Virus record (IMG/VR): IMGVR_UViG_2773858042_000003
Coordinates: 15,919 to 79,918 of that record
Strand: one strand, 5' to 3'
From: a virus
Taxonomy: Duplodnaviria; Caudoviricetes
DNA: 64,000 nt
The notes under the pieces are model-generated. The model saw only the letters and a list, made by a program, of their open reading frames with translations. It did no database searches and was not told the origin of the DNA. Of this stretch, positions 36,293-45,962 are shown in pieces; position 1 is the stretch's first letter, and each line of letters starts with the position of its first letter. Position numbers and translations under genes: made by a program.

Positions 36293-36528
36293 GGCGCCCT
36301 CTCGACGGTCAGTCTGAAATCGGCGGCGATCAGGGCGCCGCAGTCGCATTCGAAGCCGGGCTGCTCGCCCAGGCGCCAGACCCCGGCTGGGTCTTCGCGG
36401 AAGTCCAGGTCACGCGTCAGCATGTGCGTCACGTCGCAGGCCGGGCAATCGAACTGCACCTGGTCCGGCATGACCATGACGCAGGCGAGGACAGGGCGGG
36501 CGAGGGCGCTTTTCGGGGCGGTCTTCAT
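36289..36528 (-). CDS. small zinc-binding protein
   Basis: CPAC..TH and CDC; 79 aa. Confidence 0.6.
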   Translation of the reverse strand: MKTAPKSALARPVLACVMVMPDQVQFDCPACDVTHMLTRDLDFREDPAGVWRLGEQPGFECDCGALIAADFRLTVERAP

Positions 36529-36546
36529 CCGTTAACGAATGCGCGG

Positions 36547-39543
36547 TCATGCGACAAATTCGGACGCAAGACACACGGCCGCCGCGCGTATGGCCTCCGC
36601 GATGGTGGATGGATCGGCGGCCCCTGTGGATGGTTCGACGGCCACGCCCGCCTCGGCCGCCAACGCCTCGGTGTCCGCCATCAGGGCCTTCAACTCGGGA
36701 TCGGCGTCGATCAGGGCCGCCAGACGGGCCGCTGGTGTCAGCCGCGCGGACTGGCCTTCATTTTGACCGCCAGTTCCGCCAGCGCCTCGCTGGCCCTCTG
36801 GCTGCTGTCGTGCTCCTCCCGGTCGCTGGCCGTCAGGCTCAGCCGGTCGAAGGTCGAGGCCAGCAGGCTCAGCCGCCGCCCCCGATAGCTCTCTTGTGGA
36901 CCAGAGGGGTTCATCGCCCCCGGCGTAGGCGAGGCCGGTTCGCCCTTCGCCTTCGGCCCCGGCGTATTTCTGGATGAGGGTGTCGAGGAAGGCCTTGCCA
37001 TCGGGGGTCGCTCCAAACAGATCGGGTCCGGCCGGCGTCTCGGCCGCGCCGCGCGCATAGGTTCTCAGCGCATCGGCGATCCGTTCGCTCCCGCGCGGTT
37101 TCGTCAGGGCCTCGTCCCGGTACATCAGCCGGATCAGGGCTTCGGTCTCGGGCGTGATCGCCTCGCCGCCGAACAGACCCATCTGGCCCAGCCGCATGTC
37201 CAGCAGCTCGCCCATGCTCATTCGCCCTGCGCGCGCCTCGCGCATCAGGGCCACGGCGCTGGTCAGGGCGGGCGTCAGATCCATTTCCGCCGGGGCCTCG
37301 GCCCGCATCTTGGCCCAGGCCGGGGCGGCGTCCGCTAGCGCCTGGCCCACGCCGCGCATCCCGGCGTCCGTGGTTTCGAACAGGGCCGCCGTCAGGGCGT
37401 CGTCGCCATAGGCCGCCTGCACCAGGGCCGCCTGCACCCGCGAACGTCCCGCCGTGCTGATCACCCCCCGCGCATCCGTCAGGGCGTTGGCGTCGCCCGG
37501 CGCGACCCGCTGGACGAACCCGCGCAGGAATGGCCGGTTGGCGGCGGCGAACACGTCGTCCCCCTCGATCAGGCCGATCAGGTCCGCATCCACACGCCGC
37601 GCATCGCCGCGCGCCTGTTCGGCGGGCGAGAACGCCTCGGTCGGGGCCTCATTCAGCGACCGCGCCAGCTCGGCCCGGTCCGCGCCCGTCATCGGCTCCG
37701 ACCGCATCCGCACCAGGACCGGCCGGTCGAAGCCCGACACGTCGATGCCCTGCCGGTCCAGTTCGGCGGTGTATCGCCCCCACGCCTCGGTCCCCGTCTG
37801 CGCGCTCCGGCGCAGGGCGATAGTCCGGCCGTTGCCGCTCTCGACCACGCCGTCCGGGCTGACGATGGGCGCGCCGCCTGACGCCGCCTTGTCCCGCATC
37901 AGCAGCGACGGGTTCAGATCGCGTTCCAGTTCGAAGTTCGCCGCCTGCGACCCCGCCCGCGTCCGGTCGCGCGGCTGCAGCTGGCCGGGATAGTCGGGTA
38001 CGGGGAACAGATCGTCGTCATGGCTGGTCTTCAGGTCGCGCAGCTCGACCACGGCGAACCGCACCTGCACCTCGGCGCCACGTCGCGTCACGGCCGTGTC
38101 GGCCTCCAGCCAGCGCCCGTTGATCGACGGCACGGCGGACGCCTCGTCCAGCAGGCTCAGGCCGTCGCGTGCGACCAGCGCCCCCAGCGACACCGGCGCG
38201 TCGTCGGCCATCGCCTCGATCGCCTCGGCGAAGGCGCCCACCCGCTCGTTCTCCGTCAAGCCCTCTAGCGCGCGGGGAGGGCGACGGGGCGTCATGGCCT
38301 CAAGCGAAGGCCCGCCGCCGAACTTCTGGCGCCAAATGCCGGCGAAATCGCCGGCTGACATGCCGATCCGGCCGCCATTGTCGACGATGGCTTTGCGCGC
38401 CAGCATCGCACCCTTGCCGGGATTGCCGCGTTCCAGCACAGGCGTAAGTACCGCCACGGCATCGCCGTCAGGATTGCCCAGCAGCGCCCGCGCGCCGCCT
38501 TGGCCCTGCTGGTGCGCGAGATAGACCTGCCAGGGTTCGGGGTCGCGCCCTAAGGCAGACCGCAAGCCATCGCGTTCGCGGGCGATGTTCTCGACGCCCA
38601 GCTGAACCTGACGGTTGATGTCGTTGCGATCACCACCCCCCAGCCCGCGCCAGGTGCCGTCGGTGATCTGGAACACGCCGTGCGCACTGGACAGTCGCCG
38701 GCCGTCACGGATCGGCCGAGCGCTGGCGCTGCCCGTGATGTTTTCCAGTTGTCGGATGCGCACCGCCAGCGCCGGATCAACCCCGCGCGCCTGCGCCACC
38801 CTGACAATCTGATCGTCGATCGGGACACGGCGACCGGCCGGGATGCCGCTTGGCCGCACCGCAGCGCCGACGCCCCCGCCCACGGTCGCCCCCAGCCCTG
38901 CCCCAAACAAGACATTGCGGATGCCGTCGTTGGTGAAGCTGTAGTCTTCGCCGGTCCCCAGCCGTGCGGACGCGTTGATCGCCTCGGCCGCAACGCCGCC
39001 CGTGATGCCGTCGATGGTGCCGACCAGGGCGCCGCGACCGACATTCCCCAGTCGCGTCGCCGCTGGCGCCACCCGCAGCGCGCGAAGGGCGGACGCGCCG
39101 CCGCCGATGAACCAGGTCGGCAACATCACCGGATCGGTCGCCGCCCCTGCGATGCTGGCTCCGATGGTCTCGGCCGCGCTCAGATCGGCGCGGGACGCCG
39201 TCTCCTCGCGGTAGCGCCGCAGCTCGGCCTGGCGATGCATTTCCGCCGCCCGCGCCGCGTTCACCGGCTGGTCGAACTTCAGATAACCTTCGACGCCATA
39301 GGTTTCGTTCGCGGCCTCGGGCGCGAGCTCGTTCCGGTAACTCTCGCCGAAAACGCGCGCCCGCTGATCGTCACGCGCACGGCGATCATCGCTGGTGATG
39401 AAGCCTAGAAGCCTGTCCGTGACTTGGCTCTCCTCGAACAGCGCCCGCATCCCGGCGCGGGTCGAGACCGGCCCGGTTTCAACCAGGGCGGTCAGGGCGT
39501 CATCGGACGCGGGTTGGACGGCCTGCCTGTAGGGATCGCTCAT
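36547..39543 (-). CDS. polyvalent internal virion protein: SLT/lysozyme-like plus ddrB-ParB-like domain
   Basis: IRQLE..SSAHGVFQITDGTW..YLAHQQG; LKTSH..YP..LQPRDR..GAPIV..GVVESGNGRTIAL. Confidence 0.75.
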   Translation of the reverse strand: MSDPYRQAVQPASDDALTALVETGPVSTRAGMRALFEESQVTDRLLGFITSDDRRARDDQRARVFGESYRNELAPEAANETYGVEGYLKFDQPVNAARAAEMHRQAELRRYREETASRADLSAAETIGASIAGAATDPVMLPTWFIGGGASALRALRVAPAATRLGNVGRGALVGTIDGITGGVAAEAINASARLGTGEDYSFTNDGIRNVLFGAGLGATVGGGVGAAVRPSGIPAGRRVPIDDQIVRVAQARGVDPALAVRIRQLENITGSASARPIRDGRRLSSAHGVFQITDGTWRGLGGGDRNDINRQVQLGVENIARERDGLRSALGRDPEPWQVYLAHQQGQGGARALLGNPDGDAVAVLTPVLERGNPGKGAMLARKAIVDNGGRIGMSAGDFAGIWRQKFGGGPSLEAMTPRRPPRALEGLTENERVGAFAEAIEAMADDAPVSLGALVARDGLSLLDEASAVPSINGRWLEADTAVTRRGAEVQVRFAVVELRDLKTSHDDDLFPVPDYPGQLQPRDRTRAGSQAANFELERDLNPSLLMRDKAASGGAPIVSPDGVVESGNGRTIALRRSAQTGTEAWGRYTAELDRQGIDVSGFDRPVLVRMRSEPMTGADRAELARSLNEAPTEAFSPAEQARGDARRVDADLIGLIEGDDVFAAANRPFLRGFVQRVAPGDANALTDARGVISTAGRSRVQAALVQAAYGDDALTAALFETTDAGMRGVGQALADAAPAWAKMRAEAPAEMDLTPALTSAVALMREARAGRMSMGELLDMRLGQMGLFGGEAITPETEALIRLMYRDEALTKPRGSERIADALRTYARGAAETPAGPDLFGATPDGKAFLDTLIQKYAGAEGEGRTGLAYAGGDEPLWSTRELSGAAAEPAGLDLRPAEPDGQRPGGARQQPEGQRGAGGTGGQNEGQSARLTPAARLAALIDADPELKALMADTEALAAEAGVAVEPSTGAADPSTIAEAIRAAAVCLASEFVA

Positions 39544-39569
39544 GACACGACGATGCGCCCGCCAAATGG

Positions 39570-39583
39570 GGGGCGGACGAACC
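39570..39583 (-). promoter_or_regulatory. late-promoter motif copy
   Basis: Motif ends 27 nt before ATG 39543. Confidence 0.6.
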
Positions 39584-39589
39584 GGCGGA

Positions 39590-39653
39590 CTCAAGCAGGC
39601 CGAAGGCCGATAGCCGTCCGGTCGTGTCTCAAGCAGGCCGAAGGCCGATAGCC
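39590..39653. repeat. 26-bp direct repeat, two copies
   Basis: CTCAAGCAGGCCGAAGGCCGATAGCC at 39590 and 39628. Confidence 0.9.
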
Positions 39654-39666
39654 ACGAAAAGAGCGA

Positions 39667-41946
39667 TCAGCGTTGGCGCTCGACCCGTTCCAACTGCGAC
39701 CAGGTGCGCTGCACGTTCCGACCCGCCGCATCGCGCACCGGAACCCAACTTGCGCCGTCCGCGCCGGGTGTCACGAGCTGGATCCCGCTGTTGTCCGGCA
39801 GGTTGCGCCACTGGCCCGCGTTGCGAACGATGTCCGCGTAGTTCCGCCGCGCCTGCTCGGGCGTGTATCGGGTCGAGGGCGGGGCATACAGGCCCGCCCC
39901 ATCGTTGCGGATCAGATTGGCGACCAACAGCCCGGCGTTGCCCCGGAACCGGCGCGGATCGTCGCCGGCCGACGCCGGGACGCCCCAGGTGCCATAGAAG
40001 GTCCAGCCGTCCGTCATCGGCCCCGTCGCCGTCCGCACGGCGTCCCTGACGCTGGCGCCGCCCTTCACCGCGCCATAGGCGCTGATCTTGGCCGCTTCCA
40101 GCGCCGCCGTCGCCCCCTCGGGCGTCGTCAGGGCCTGGACGAAGGGTTGCAGGGCGCGGCCCAGCTCGGCGTCCAGCCGTTCCCGGTCGGTCTTTTCCGG
40201 CACCAGGTCGTTCAGCTTCTGCCCGCGCGCGGCGGCATAGGCCTGCATCCGGGCAGGGGACGCGGCATAGAAGCTTAAGGCGCCCAGGTCCGCAGGCTTC
40301 AGGCCCGCCAGCGTCAGCTCACGCATCAGGCGCGGCCGATGCTCGGCCCCGAACATCTGCACCCGCGCCGCCAGCGACGACAGGCCCGCCTGCGACTGGC
40401 CGTTCGCGTCCACAGAAGCAATCCACGCCTCGGCCTGCCCCCGGCTGAGAATGCGGCGCCCAGCTTCCGGCACGCCGCCGAACTCCTGCGCCACCAGCTG
40501 CGCCCGCGCATAGGCCCGCGCCGTTTCTGGCGTGGGGGCGTCGCCATAGGCGCGCATTCGTCGCTGCACCTCGGCGGCGATATTGTCGCCCGGTCCGAAC
40601 GACGTCGACGACCAGGCGGCCGGATCGGCGCGCGCGGCCCGGTCCTGCTGGATCAGTTCACGCGCGAGCTCCAGCGTCCTGGCGCCCTCGGCGTTTCCCG
40701 CCGCCGCTGTCAGTCGCTCAAGCTCCGCATCCGCCTGTTGCGGCGTCAGGGTGCGCAGCCGCGTAATCAGCGGCCGCACATTCAGCGCCGCCGCCTGATC
40801 CAGCCGGACCTTCGTCGCCAGAGGCTCGCCCCCGATCAGCCGCGCCTCATTGACCAGCGCCGCATTGGCGGGCTTGCCTGACAGGATGTTGCGTAGATCG
40901 GCGGCGATGCCCGCTTCCAGATCGGCGCTGCGCTGCGCATCTTGGACGACGCCATTGGCCTTGGCGCTCTCGACCCCGGCGCGCAGGCGCTCGACGGTGC
41001 GAGCGTCCAGCCGATCATATCGTCCGGCCTTCAGCTCGGCGTCCACGGCGTCGAACTCGCCGCGCTGGATGCGGGCTTCCAGCGCCGACGACTGTGCCGC
41101 CTGCCACGTCTCGTCCTTCAGCTTGGTCCGCAGGGCCGCCGGGGCGGCGTCCAGGATCGGCTGGATCTCGGCGTCGAACCGCGACATCAGCGACGGGTCG
41201 CGCGCGGCCCTGTTGACGAAGCCGTTCAAGCCCTCGCCGACCGTCGTAAGGGTCCGCGCATCACGGCTCTCGTCCTCAGCCGCCATCGACCGCGCGAACA
41301 GGCTGGCTTCCTGCGACAGCAGCATGGGGCGAAGACGGGCGGCGATGGGCTCAGGCAGGTCCGCCAGCGCCTTCTCGCCCAGCTCGCGCCAGGATGTACG
41401 AGTCGCGTCGGCGATGGGCGTCAGCCCGTCCCAGTTCTGTCGTCGCTCGTCGTCGGCGGCATCGAACGCCGCCTGCACGCCCATCAGGGCGCGCACGGCG
41501 TCCGCCTGTTCCGACGCGTCCCGGTCTGCGGCCGAACGCCGGCCGCGCGTCTCCGCCTCGTTGACGATGGCCTGGGCGGCCGTCCGGGTTCGAAGGTCGC
41601 GCAGCTGGCGGCCGACCGCCAGCCGCACCCCGTCCGGCATGTCCGCCTTGTCCAGGACGGTGAAATGATCGTCGAACGCCTTGATCTCGGCCTCGGCGAA
41701 CCCCGGCACCCGGCCGTCGTATCCGAACGCGCGCTCGCTCGCGGCCGGGACGTAGGATTGGCGGGCCTCCTCGATCACACGGCCGGCGACCTCTTCATCC
41801 GCCTTGCGGCGGCTTTCGTCCACCCGCTCGATCTGGCGCGCCGCGCCCTGAAGCGCGTTCTCCAGGCTGCTGAAATCCAGCGCCTGGCCCGAGGACATCC
41901 GCCCTTGCGGGGCCTGCATGTCCAGCGCTTGCGGCAGTTTCGCCAT
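39667..41946 (-). CDS. internal virion (ejection) protein
   Basis: 759 aa helical; T7 gp15 position. Confidence 0.7.
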   Translation of the reverse strand: MAKLPQALDMQAPQGRMSSGQALDFSSLENALQGAARQIERVDESRRKADEEVAGRVIEEARQSYVPAASERAFGYDGRVPGFAEAEIKAFDDHFTVLDKADMPDGVRLAVGRQLRDLRTRTAAQAIVNEAETRGRRSAADRDASEQADAVRALMGVQAAFDAADDERRQNWDGLTPIADATRTSWRELGEKALADLPEPIAARLRPMLLSQEASLFARSMAAEDESRDARTLTTVGEGLNGFVNRAARDPSLMSRFDAEIQPILDAAPAALRTKLKDETWQAAQSSALEARIQRGEFDAVDAELKAGRYDRLDARTVERLRAGVESAKANGVVQDAQRSADLEAGIAADLRNILSGKPANAALVNEARLIGGEPLATKVRLDQAAALNVRPLITRLRTLTPQQADAELERLTAAAGNAEGARTLELARELIQQDRAARADPAAWSSTSFGPGDNIAAEVQRRMRAYGDAPTPETARAYARAQLVAQEFGGVPEAGRRILSRGQAEAWIASVDANGQSQAGLSSLAARVQMFGAEHRPRLMRELTLAGLKPADLGALSFYAASPARMQAYAAARGQKLNDLVPEKTDRERLDAELGRALQPFVQALTTPEGATAALEAAKISAYGAVKGGASVRDAVRTATGPMTDGWTFYGTWGVPASAGDDPRRFRGNAGLLVANLIRNDGAGLYAPPSTRYTPEQARRNYADIVRNAGQWRNLPDNSGIQLVTPGADGASWVPVRDAAGRNVQRTWSQLERVERQR

Positions 41947-41947
41947 G

Positions 41948-42427
41948 TCAGAACCCTCCCAGCATGGCGGCGAACTTCGACACGGCCTCGCCATTGCCGC
42001 GACGGGCGTTCGCGTCCGCCCCCATCTGTCCCAGGACGGTCGATCCGGCCTCGATGAAGCCGCTGACCAGATCCAGGCTGCCCTGCCGCTTCGCCGTCGT
42101 GGCGTCATTCAGCAGGGCGACGCTTTCCGTCAGTCCGTCGCGCACCGTCTGGCGCGCCCGATAGACGCCCTGCCGCGCCAGATCGTCGATCACGGCCAGG
42201 GCTGATCCCTGAAGACCGCCGCCGCCCGACGCCGCCGCCAAGGTCGCCGCCCGCGCGCCGACCCGGTCGCTGTCTTCCAACGCCAGGGACGCGCGGATGC
42301 CCGCTTCCTGTCGCGCATTCTTGGCCGCATTGGTCAGGGCGCGCGCCTTCGCCCGATTGGCGTTGCGCTTGGCGAACCCGCCCATCACGGAGCCAACCGC
42401 GCTCAATCCGGCCGCCAGCATCGACAT
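41948..42427 (-). CDS. small ejection protein (T7 gp14 position)
   Basis: Gly/Ala-rich hydrophobic N-term AGLSAVGSVMGG, AASGGGGL.GSAL. Confidence 0.7.
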   Translation of the reverse strand: MSMLAAGLSAVGSVMGGFAKRNANRAKARALTNAAKNARQEAGIRASLALEDSDRVGARAATLAAASGGGGLQGSALAVIDDLARQGVYRARQTVRDGLTESVALLNDATTAKRQGSLDLVSGFIEAGSTVLGQMGADANARRGNGEAVSKFAAMLGGF

Positions 42428-42921
42428 CAGAACACCCCTGCAAACAGATAATAGTCCGCGCCATCCGGCCCCCAGGACCGCATGACGCCCTCGCGCTTCA
42501 GGCCAAGGGCCTCGGCGAACCCGCACGCCTTCAGCGACAGCCCCCAGTCCGCGGCGACGGCCGGCGCCCGCACCGCCAGCTCGACCCGCCGCGCGCCGAC
42601 CTCGGTCCGCATCATGCGGAACGCCCGCGCCACCAGCGCCCAGCCGCGCGGGCTCAGGTCGCTGGCGTAAAGCCAGCCGCTCCATCGCCCATGCCCCAGC
42701 GGCTCTATCCCGCCGCACGCGATCGGTCGATCCCAGCGGCGCGGCCCGGCCTTCAGCGTCCAGCACAGGCCGCCGGGTCGATCCGGCCCCATCAATGGAT
42801 CGCCCGCCGCCTTCTGCTCGGCCGCGAAATCGGCCCGCGCGGCGATGCGCGGCGGATCGGAGGGCGAGAAGGGGGCGAGGGTCAGCCCGCATCGGGTTGT
42901 GACCTGTCCGTCAGTCCACAT
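42427..42921 (-). CDS. GNAT-like protein (T7 gp13 position)
   Basis: IACGGI...W..W...RRVE..V....FAEALGL.REG.MR.WGPDG.DY. Confidence 0.7.
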   Translation of the reverse strand: MWTDGQVTTRCGLTLAPFSPSDPPRIAARADFAAEQKAAGDPLMGPDRPGGLCWTLKAGPRRWDRPIACGGIEPLGHGRWSGWLYASDLSPRGWALVARAFRMMRTEVGARRVELAVRAPAVAADWGLSLKACGFAEALGLKREGVMRSWGPDGADYYLFAGVF

Positions 42922-45157
42922 CGCCGACCGCCCGAATGGAGTGGATGACCATGTCCCAGCCATGGTCCGTCTCCAGAAAGAACCGCCTTTCGTAACCCGC
43001 GCCGCCCAGCAGCGCCGGTCGCCACGTCTGGCGCCGTGACACCGGCCCCGCCACGTCGCCCGGCTCGCGGCTCAACAGCCGATCCGTCTGGCTGTCGCCT
43101 TCGGCTCCGACCGTGCCCGCATAGGCGACGGCCGCTTCCAGAACGATGGCGGCATGGGTGTAACGCACCTTGCGCCCTGCACCGGAGCCCGGTCCGGCCA
43201 TTTCGGGCGGCAAGCCCTCCCAACGACTGCGGAACGGCAGACCGGCGTAGATCCGCGTCGCCGTCGTGTCCTCTGGCAGGGCGGCGGAGCCGCCGCCGCT
43301 GACCGCCCGGTCGCGATACTCACCCCATCCACGCCCCGGCGCCGCGCTGGCGCTCGCCTCGGTCGCGGCCATCATCGTCACGGCTTCGCCCGCCAGATGG
43401 TCCAGGCCGCCCACGGCGTTCACCGCGCCCCCGACATAGGCTTCAGCCGCATCCAGGAACAGTTTGTCCTCGGGATCCGCCATTCGCAGGATCAGCCGTT
43501 GCGTCACCCCCGCCTTTTCCCGGCGAACCAGCATGAACAGGCGCGGACGACCGTTCACGCCGGGCACGACGCAGCTGCTTTCCAGCGTCATGCCCCCCGC
43601 CAGGGGTTCGTCCGGCGTCGGCAGGCCGCGCGCGCCAATCCCATGCCGGTTCCAGCCCTCGACATTCTGTTCGGCGTGGAAGGTGAAACTGGCCTGGCCG
43701 CCGTCCGTCAGGCGCACCCAGACGAAGTTCCACGGCTGTTTCAGCCAGGTCAGCTCAGCCAGCCCACGTTGGCCGATATGGCCCGCGACCACGCTTTTGT
43801 CGCTCTGGCTCAGGCTCTGGTCCGGCGCGACGCCGACATGCCGGAGGGTTTCGCCTCCGGCCGCGACGAAGAGAACGCCGCCATGGGCCAGGACGGGCAT
43901 CACATCCGCCGATCCGAATTCTCCGATGGGCCGCGCCACGCAGCCGGCGGGGCTGATCGGATCGTCCACCGTGGCGCCCGAGATCAGGAACTCGCCGTCC
44001 GTCGTCCCCGCCAGCAGAAAGGTCGAACCCGCAAGCCAGACGATGCGGTTGCGTTCGTCGCCCACGAACCGACGCACGCCGTCGTCATCCACCACCCGAC
44101 CGGTGCCCAGGCCGGGCTTGAAATCCAGGCCCGTCGGACGAAAACCGGCCGTCCGGGTGAAGTCGATGGCGTCCGGCTCGCTGGGCGGCGCCGCCATCGC
44201 CAACCGCTCCTCGCGCGTGACGGCGGGCGCGCTGGGCCACCCACGCACGTCCGAATAGGCCGCTTCGGACCAATAGCGCGTGCCGGTCTCAAGACCGTCC
44301 GGCACGCCATGGAGCGCGAAGGCGGCGACCTCCCTGGGGCCGACATATCCGCCGATACGGATCACGGCGGCGCCGTCGGTCAGATGCGTCCACTCGACCT
44401 TTCCGTCCGAAACCGTGCCGTCAACATGGACGGGCGGCGTGTTGCCGCAATCATCGGTCGTACCGGCGCGGAAATAGACCTGGCCGTTCGAGGCCCGCCG
44501 CGCTCCGGCCGGCACGTTCTCTTCGCCGGGCTCCCACGACAGCACGCCGGGGTTCCCGTCGTTCGCGCGCAGACGGAACAGGCCGCCCACGTGACCGGGC
44601 TGGAACAGATCGAAGTTGGACGTCAGCGTCGAACCGTCGAACGTCAGGACCTTGCCGTCATCGCTGTTTTCGCCGCGCCACGGTCCATCCAGGAACTCGG
44701 TCGGCGTCAGCGTCCAGCTGACGTTGCTGTTGCGCACCAGCGTATAGGGCCGCGTTCCGTCTCTATGCGTGAAGAAGACCGCGTCTCCGATCTGGCGCAC
44801 GCGCAGGCCGCCAACCTGAGCGGCGGACCACGGCGTGCCGAAGTCGACCGCCACGCCGCCATTCAGCACCAGATCGCCATTGACCGTTCGCACGCGGCCG
44901 TAACCTTCGCCAAACTCCAGCAGCAGTGCATCGCCCTGACTGCGACGGAACGGGATGAGGCGTCCGGGCAGATCGGCATGGCGCGGGGTGCCGCAAAACC
45001 ATGTGCCCTGACGCCGTCCGGTCGGGCCGACGACACGGCCCAACATGTTGAAGCCGAGGATGCACCCCTTGGACGCCTGCGCCAGATCGCTGCGCGACCA
45101 GGCGTCCGGCCCCAATTCGCCGACGTTGAACGCCTGTTGAAAGCCGGTCTGTCTCAT
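42911..45157 (-). CDS. tail tubular protein B / nozzle (T7 gp12-like)
   Basis: 748 aa; FNVGEL.P...RSD, GGL.RQIGD.VF.TH..P..L.R, GWP. Confidence 0.85.
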   Translation of the reverse strand: MRQTGFQQAFNVGELGPDAWSRSDLAQASKGCILGFNMLGRVVGPTGRRQGTWFCGTPRHADLPGRLIPFRRSQGDALLLEFGEGYGRVRTVNGDLVLNGGVAVDFGTPWSAAQVGGLRVRQIGDAVFFTHRDGTRPYTLVRNSNVSWTLTPTEFLDGPWRGENSDDGKVLTFDGSTLTSNFDLFQPGHVGGLFRLRANDGNPGVLSWEPGEENVPAGARRASNGQVYFRAGTTDDCGNTPPVHVDGTVSDGKVEWTHLTDGAAVIRIGGYVGPREVAAFALHGVPDGLETGTRYWSEAAYSDVRGWPSAPAVTREERLAMAAPPSEPDAIDFTRTAGFRPTGLDFKPGLGTGRVVDDDGVRRFVGDERNRIVWLAGSTFLLAGTTDGEFLISGATVDDPISPAGCVARPIGEFGSADVMPVLAHGGVLFVAAGGETLRHVGVAPDQSLSQSDKSVVAGHIGQRGLAELTWLKQPWNFVWVRLTDGGQASFTFHAEQNVEGWNRHGIGARGLPTPDEPLAGGMTLESSCVVPGVNGRPRLFMLVRREKAGVTQRLILRMADPEDKLFLDAAEAYVGGAVNAVGGLDHLAGEAVTMMAATEASASAAPGRGWGEYRDRAVSGGGSAALPEDTTATRIYAGLPFRSRWEGLPPEMAGPGSGAGRKVRYTHAAIVLEAAVAYAGTVGAEGDSQTDRLLSREPGDVAGPVSRRQTWRPALLGGAGYERRFFLETDHGWDMVIHSIRAVGDVD

Positions 45158-45184
45158 GCCGCCACAATGGCCGCGCCAGGGGCA

Positions 45185-45195
45185 GGGGCGGACGA
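45185..45195 (-). promoter_or_regulatory. late-promoter motif copy
   Basis: Motif ends 28 nt before ATG 45157. Confidence 0.6.
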
Positions 45196-45205
45196 CGGCC
45201 TGGGA

Positions 45206-45814
45206 TCAGCCGGCGGACGCTCTCAGGGCGGCCACGCGGTCGGTGATCATTTCGTCATCGGCCTTGGCGTCCTGACCGTCAGCGGCGATGGCGGTCAGGA
45301 TCGCGGCGTCGGCGATCTTGCGCAGCTCTAGAGCCCGTTCGACGCTGCCGTTCATCGGCCGGCAGGCGCGCGCCGCCAACTCAAAGGCGACCGCGTCCGC
45401 GACATTGGCGTCCAAGAAATCCGCCGGCCGCTCGGTGACATAGGCGACGTTCAAGGCGCCGCCCTGCTTGGCGCGGATCACGGTCAGACCAGCCTGGTCG
45501 CCGGGGCGGACCCAGACGCCGCGCTCCCAGCCCGTCAGGCGCTCGACGGTCCAGAGACGCAAGCCCCCCTCCGGCATGACGTAGTTGACCGGAAACCGCC
45601 AGTTGCCCGGCACGTCGCCGCTGGGCGTCAGGGTTGCGTATTCCAGGGCGCACAGGAAGCCGTAACGCTTCAGGACGGCGCGGATGGCCGGTTGCAGGTG
45701 CGGCAGGATCTTGACGATCCGCGACGGCGCAGGGTCGTCCTTAATCGACGCGACCGTGTCTTCCCCCAACTGAACCAAGGCGGCGTTGACGACGGCGGTG
45801 GCGGCTTCGGTCAT
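45206..45814 (-). CDS. tail tubular protein A (T7 gp11-like)
   Basis: VVNAALVQLGE..I....W...Y.MP..LR. Confidence 0.8.
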   Translation of the reverse strand: MTEAATAVVNAALVQLGEDTVASIKDDPAPSRIVKILPHLQPAIRAVLKRYGFLCALEYATLTPSGDVPGNWRFPVNYVMPEGGLRLWTVERLTGWERGVWVRPGDQAGLTVIRAKQGGALNVAYVTERPADFLDANVADAVAFELAARACRPMNGSVERALELRKIADAAILTAIAADGQDAKADDEMITDRVAALRASAG

Positions 45815-45962
45815 GGTTTCTGATCCCAAAAAGCAACAGGGCGGAAGGGTTTCCCCTCCCGCCCCGGCAAAGCCGGCCCTCCGTTGTTGAGCAGCGCGGG
45901 CGGGCGGCTATTCACGAGGGGCGCTCAAGCCGCGATCGCGGGCGCGCCCTGAAGGATGCCGC

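Noticed and set aside
39590-39653. Mini CRISPR array
   Set aside because: Only two repeats, a 12-bp spacer and no cas genes; the 45-bp repeats at 22590/23269 are 679 bp apart and coding
45160-45180. Sigma54 promoter reading of TGGCGC-N5-TTGT
   Set aside because: The -12 GC element is not conserved across the other copies of the late motif
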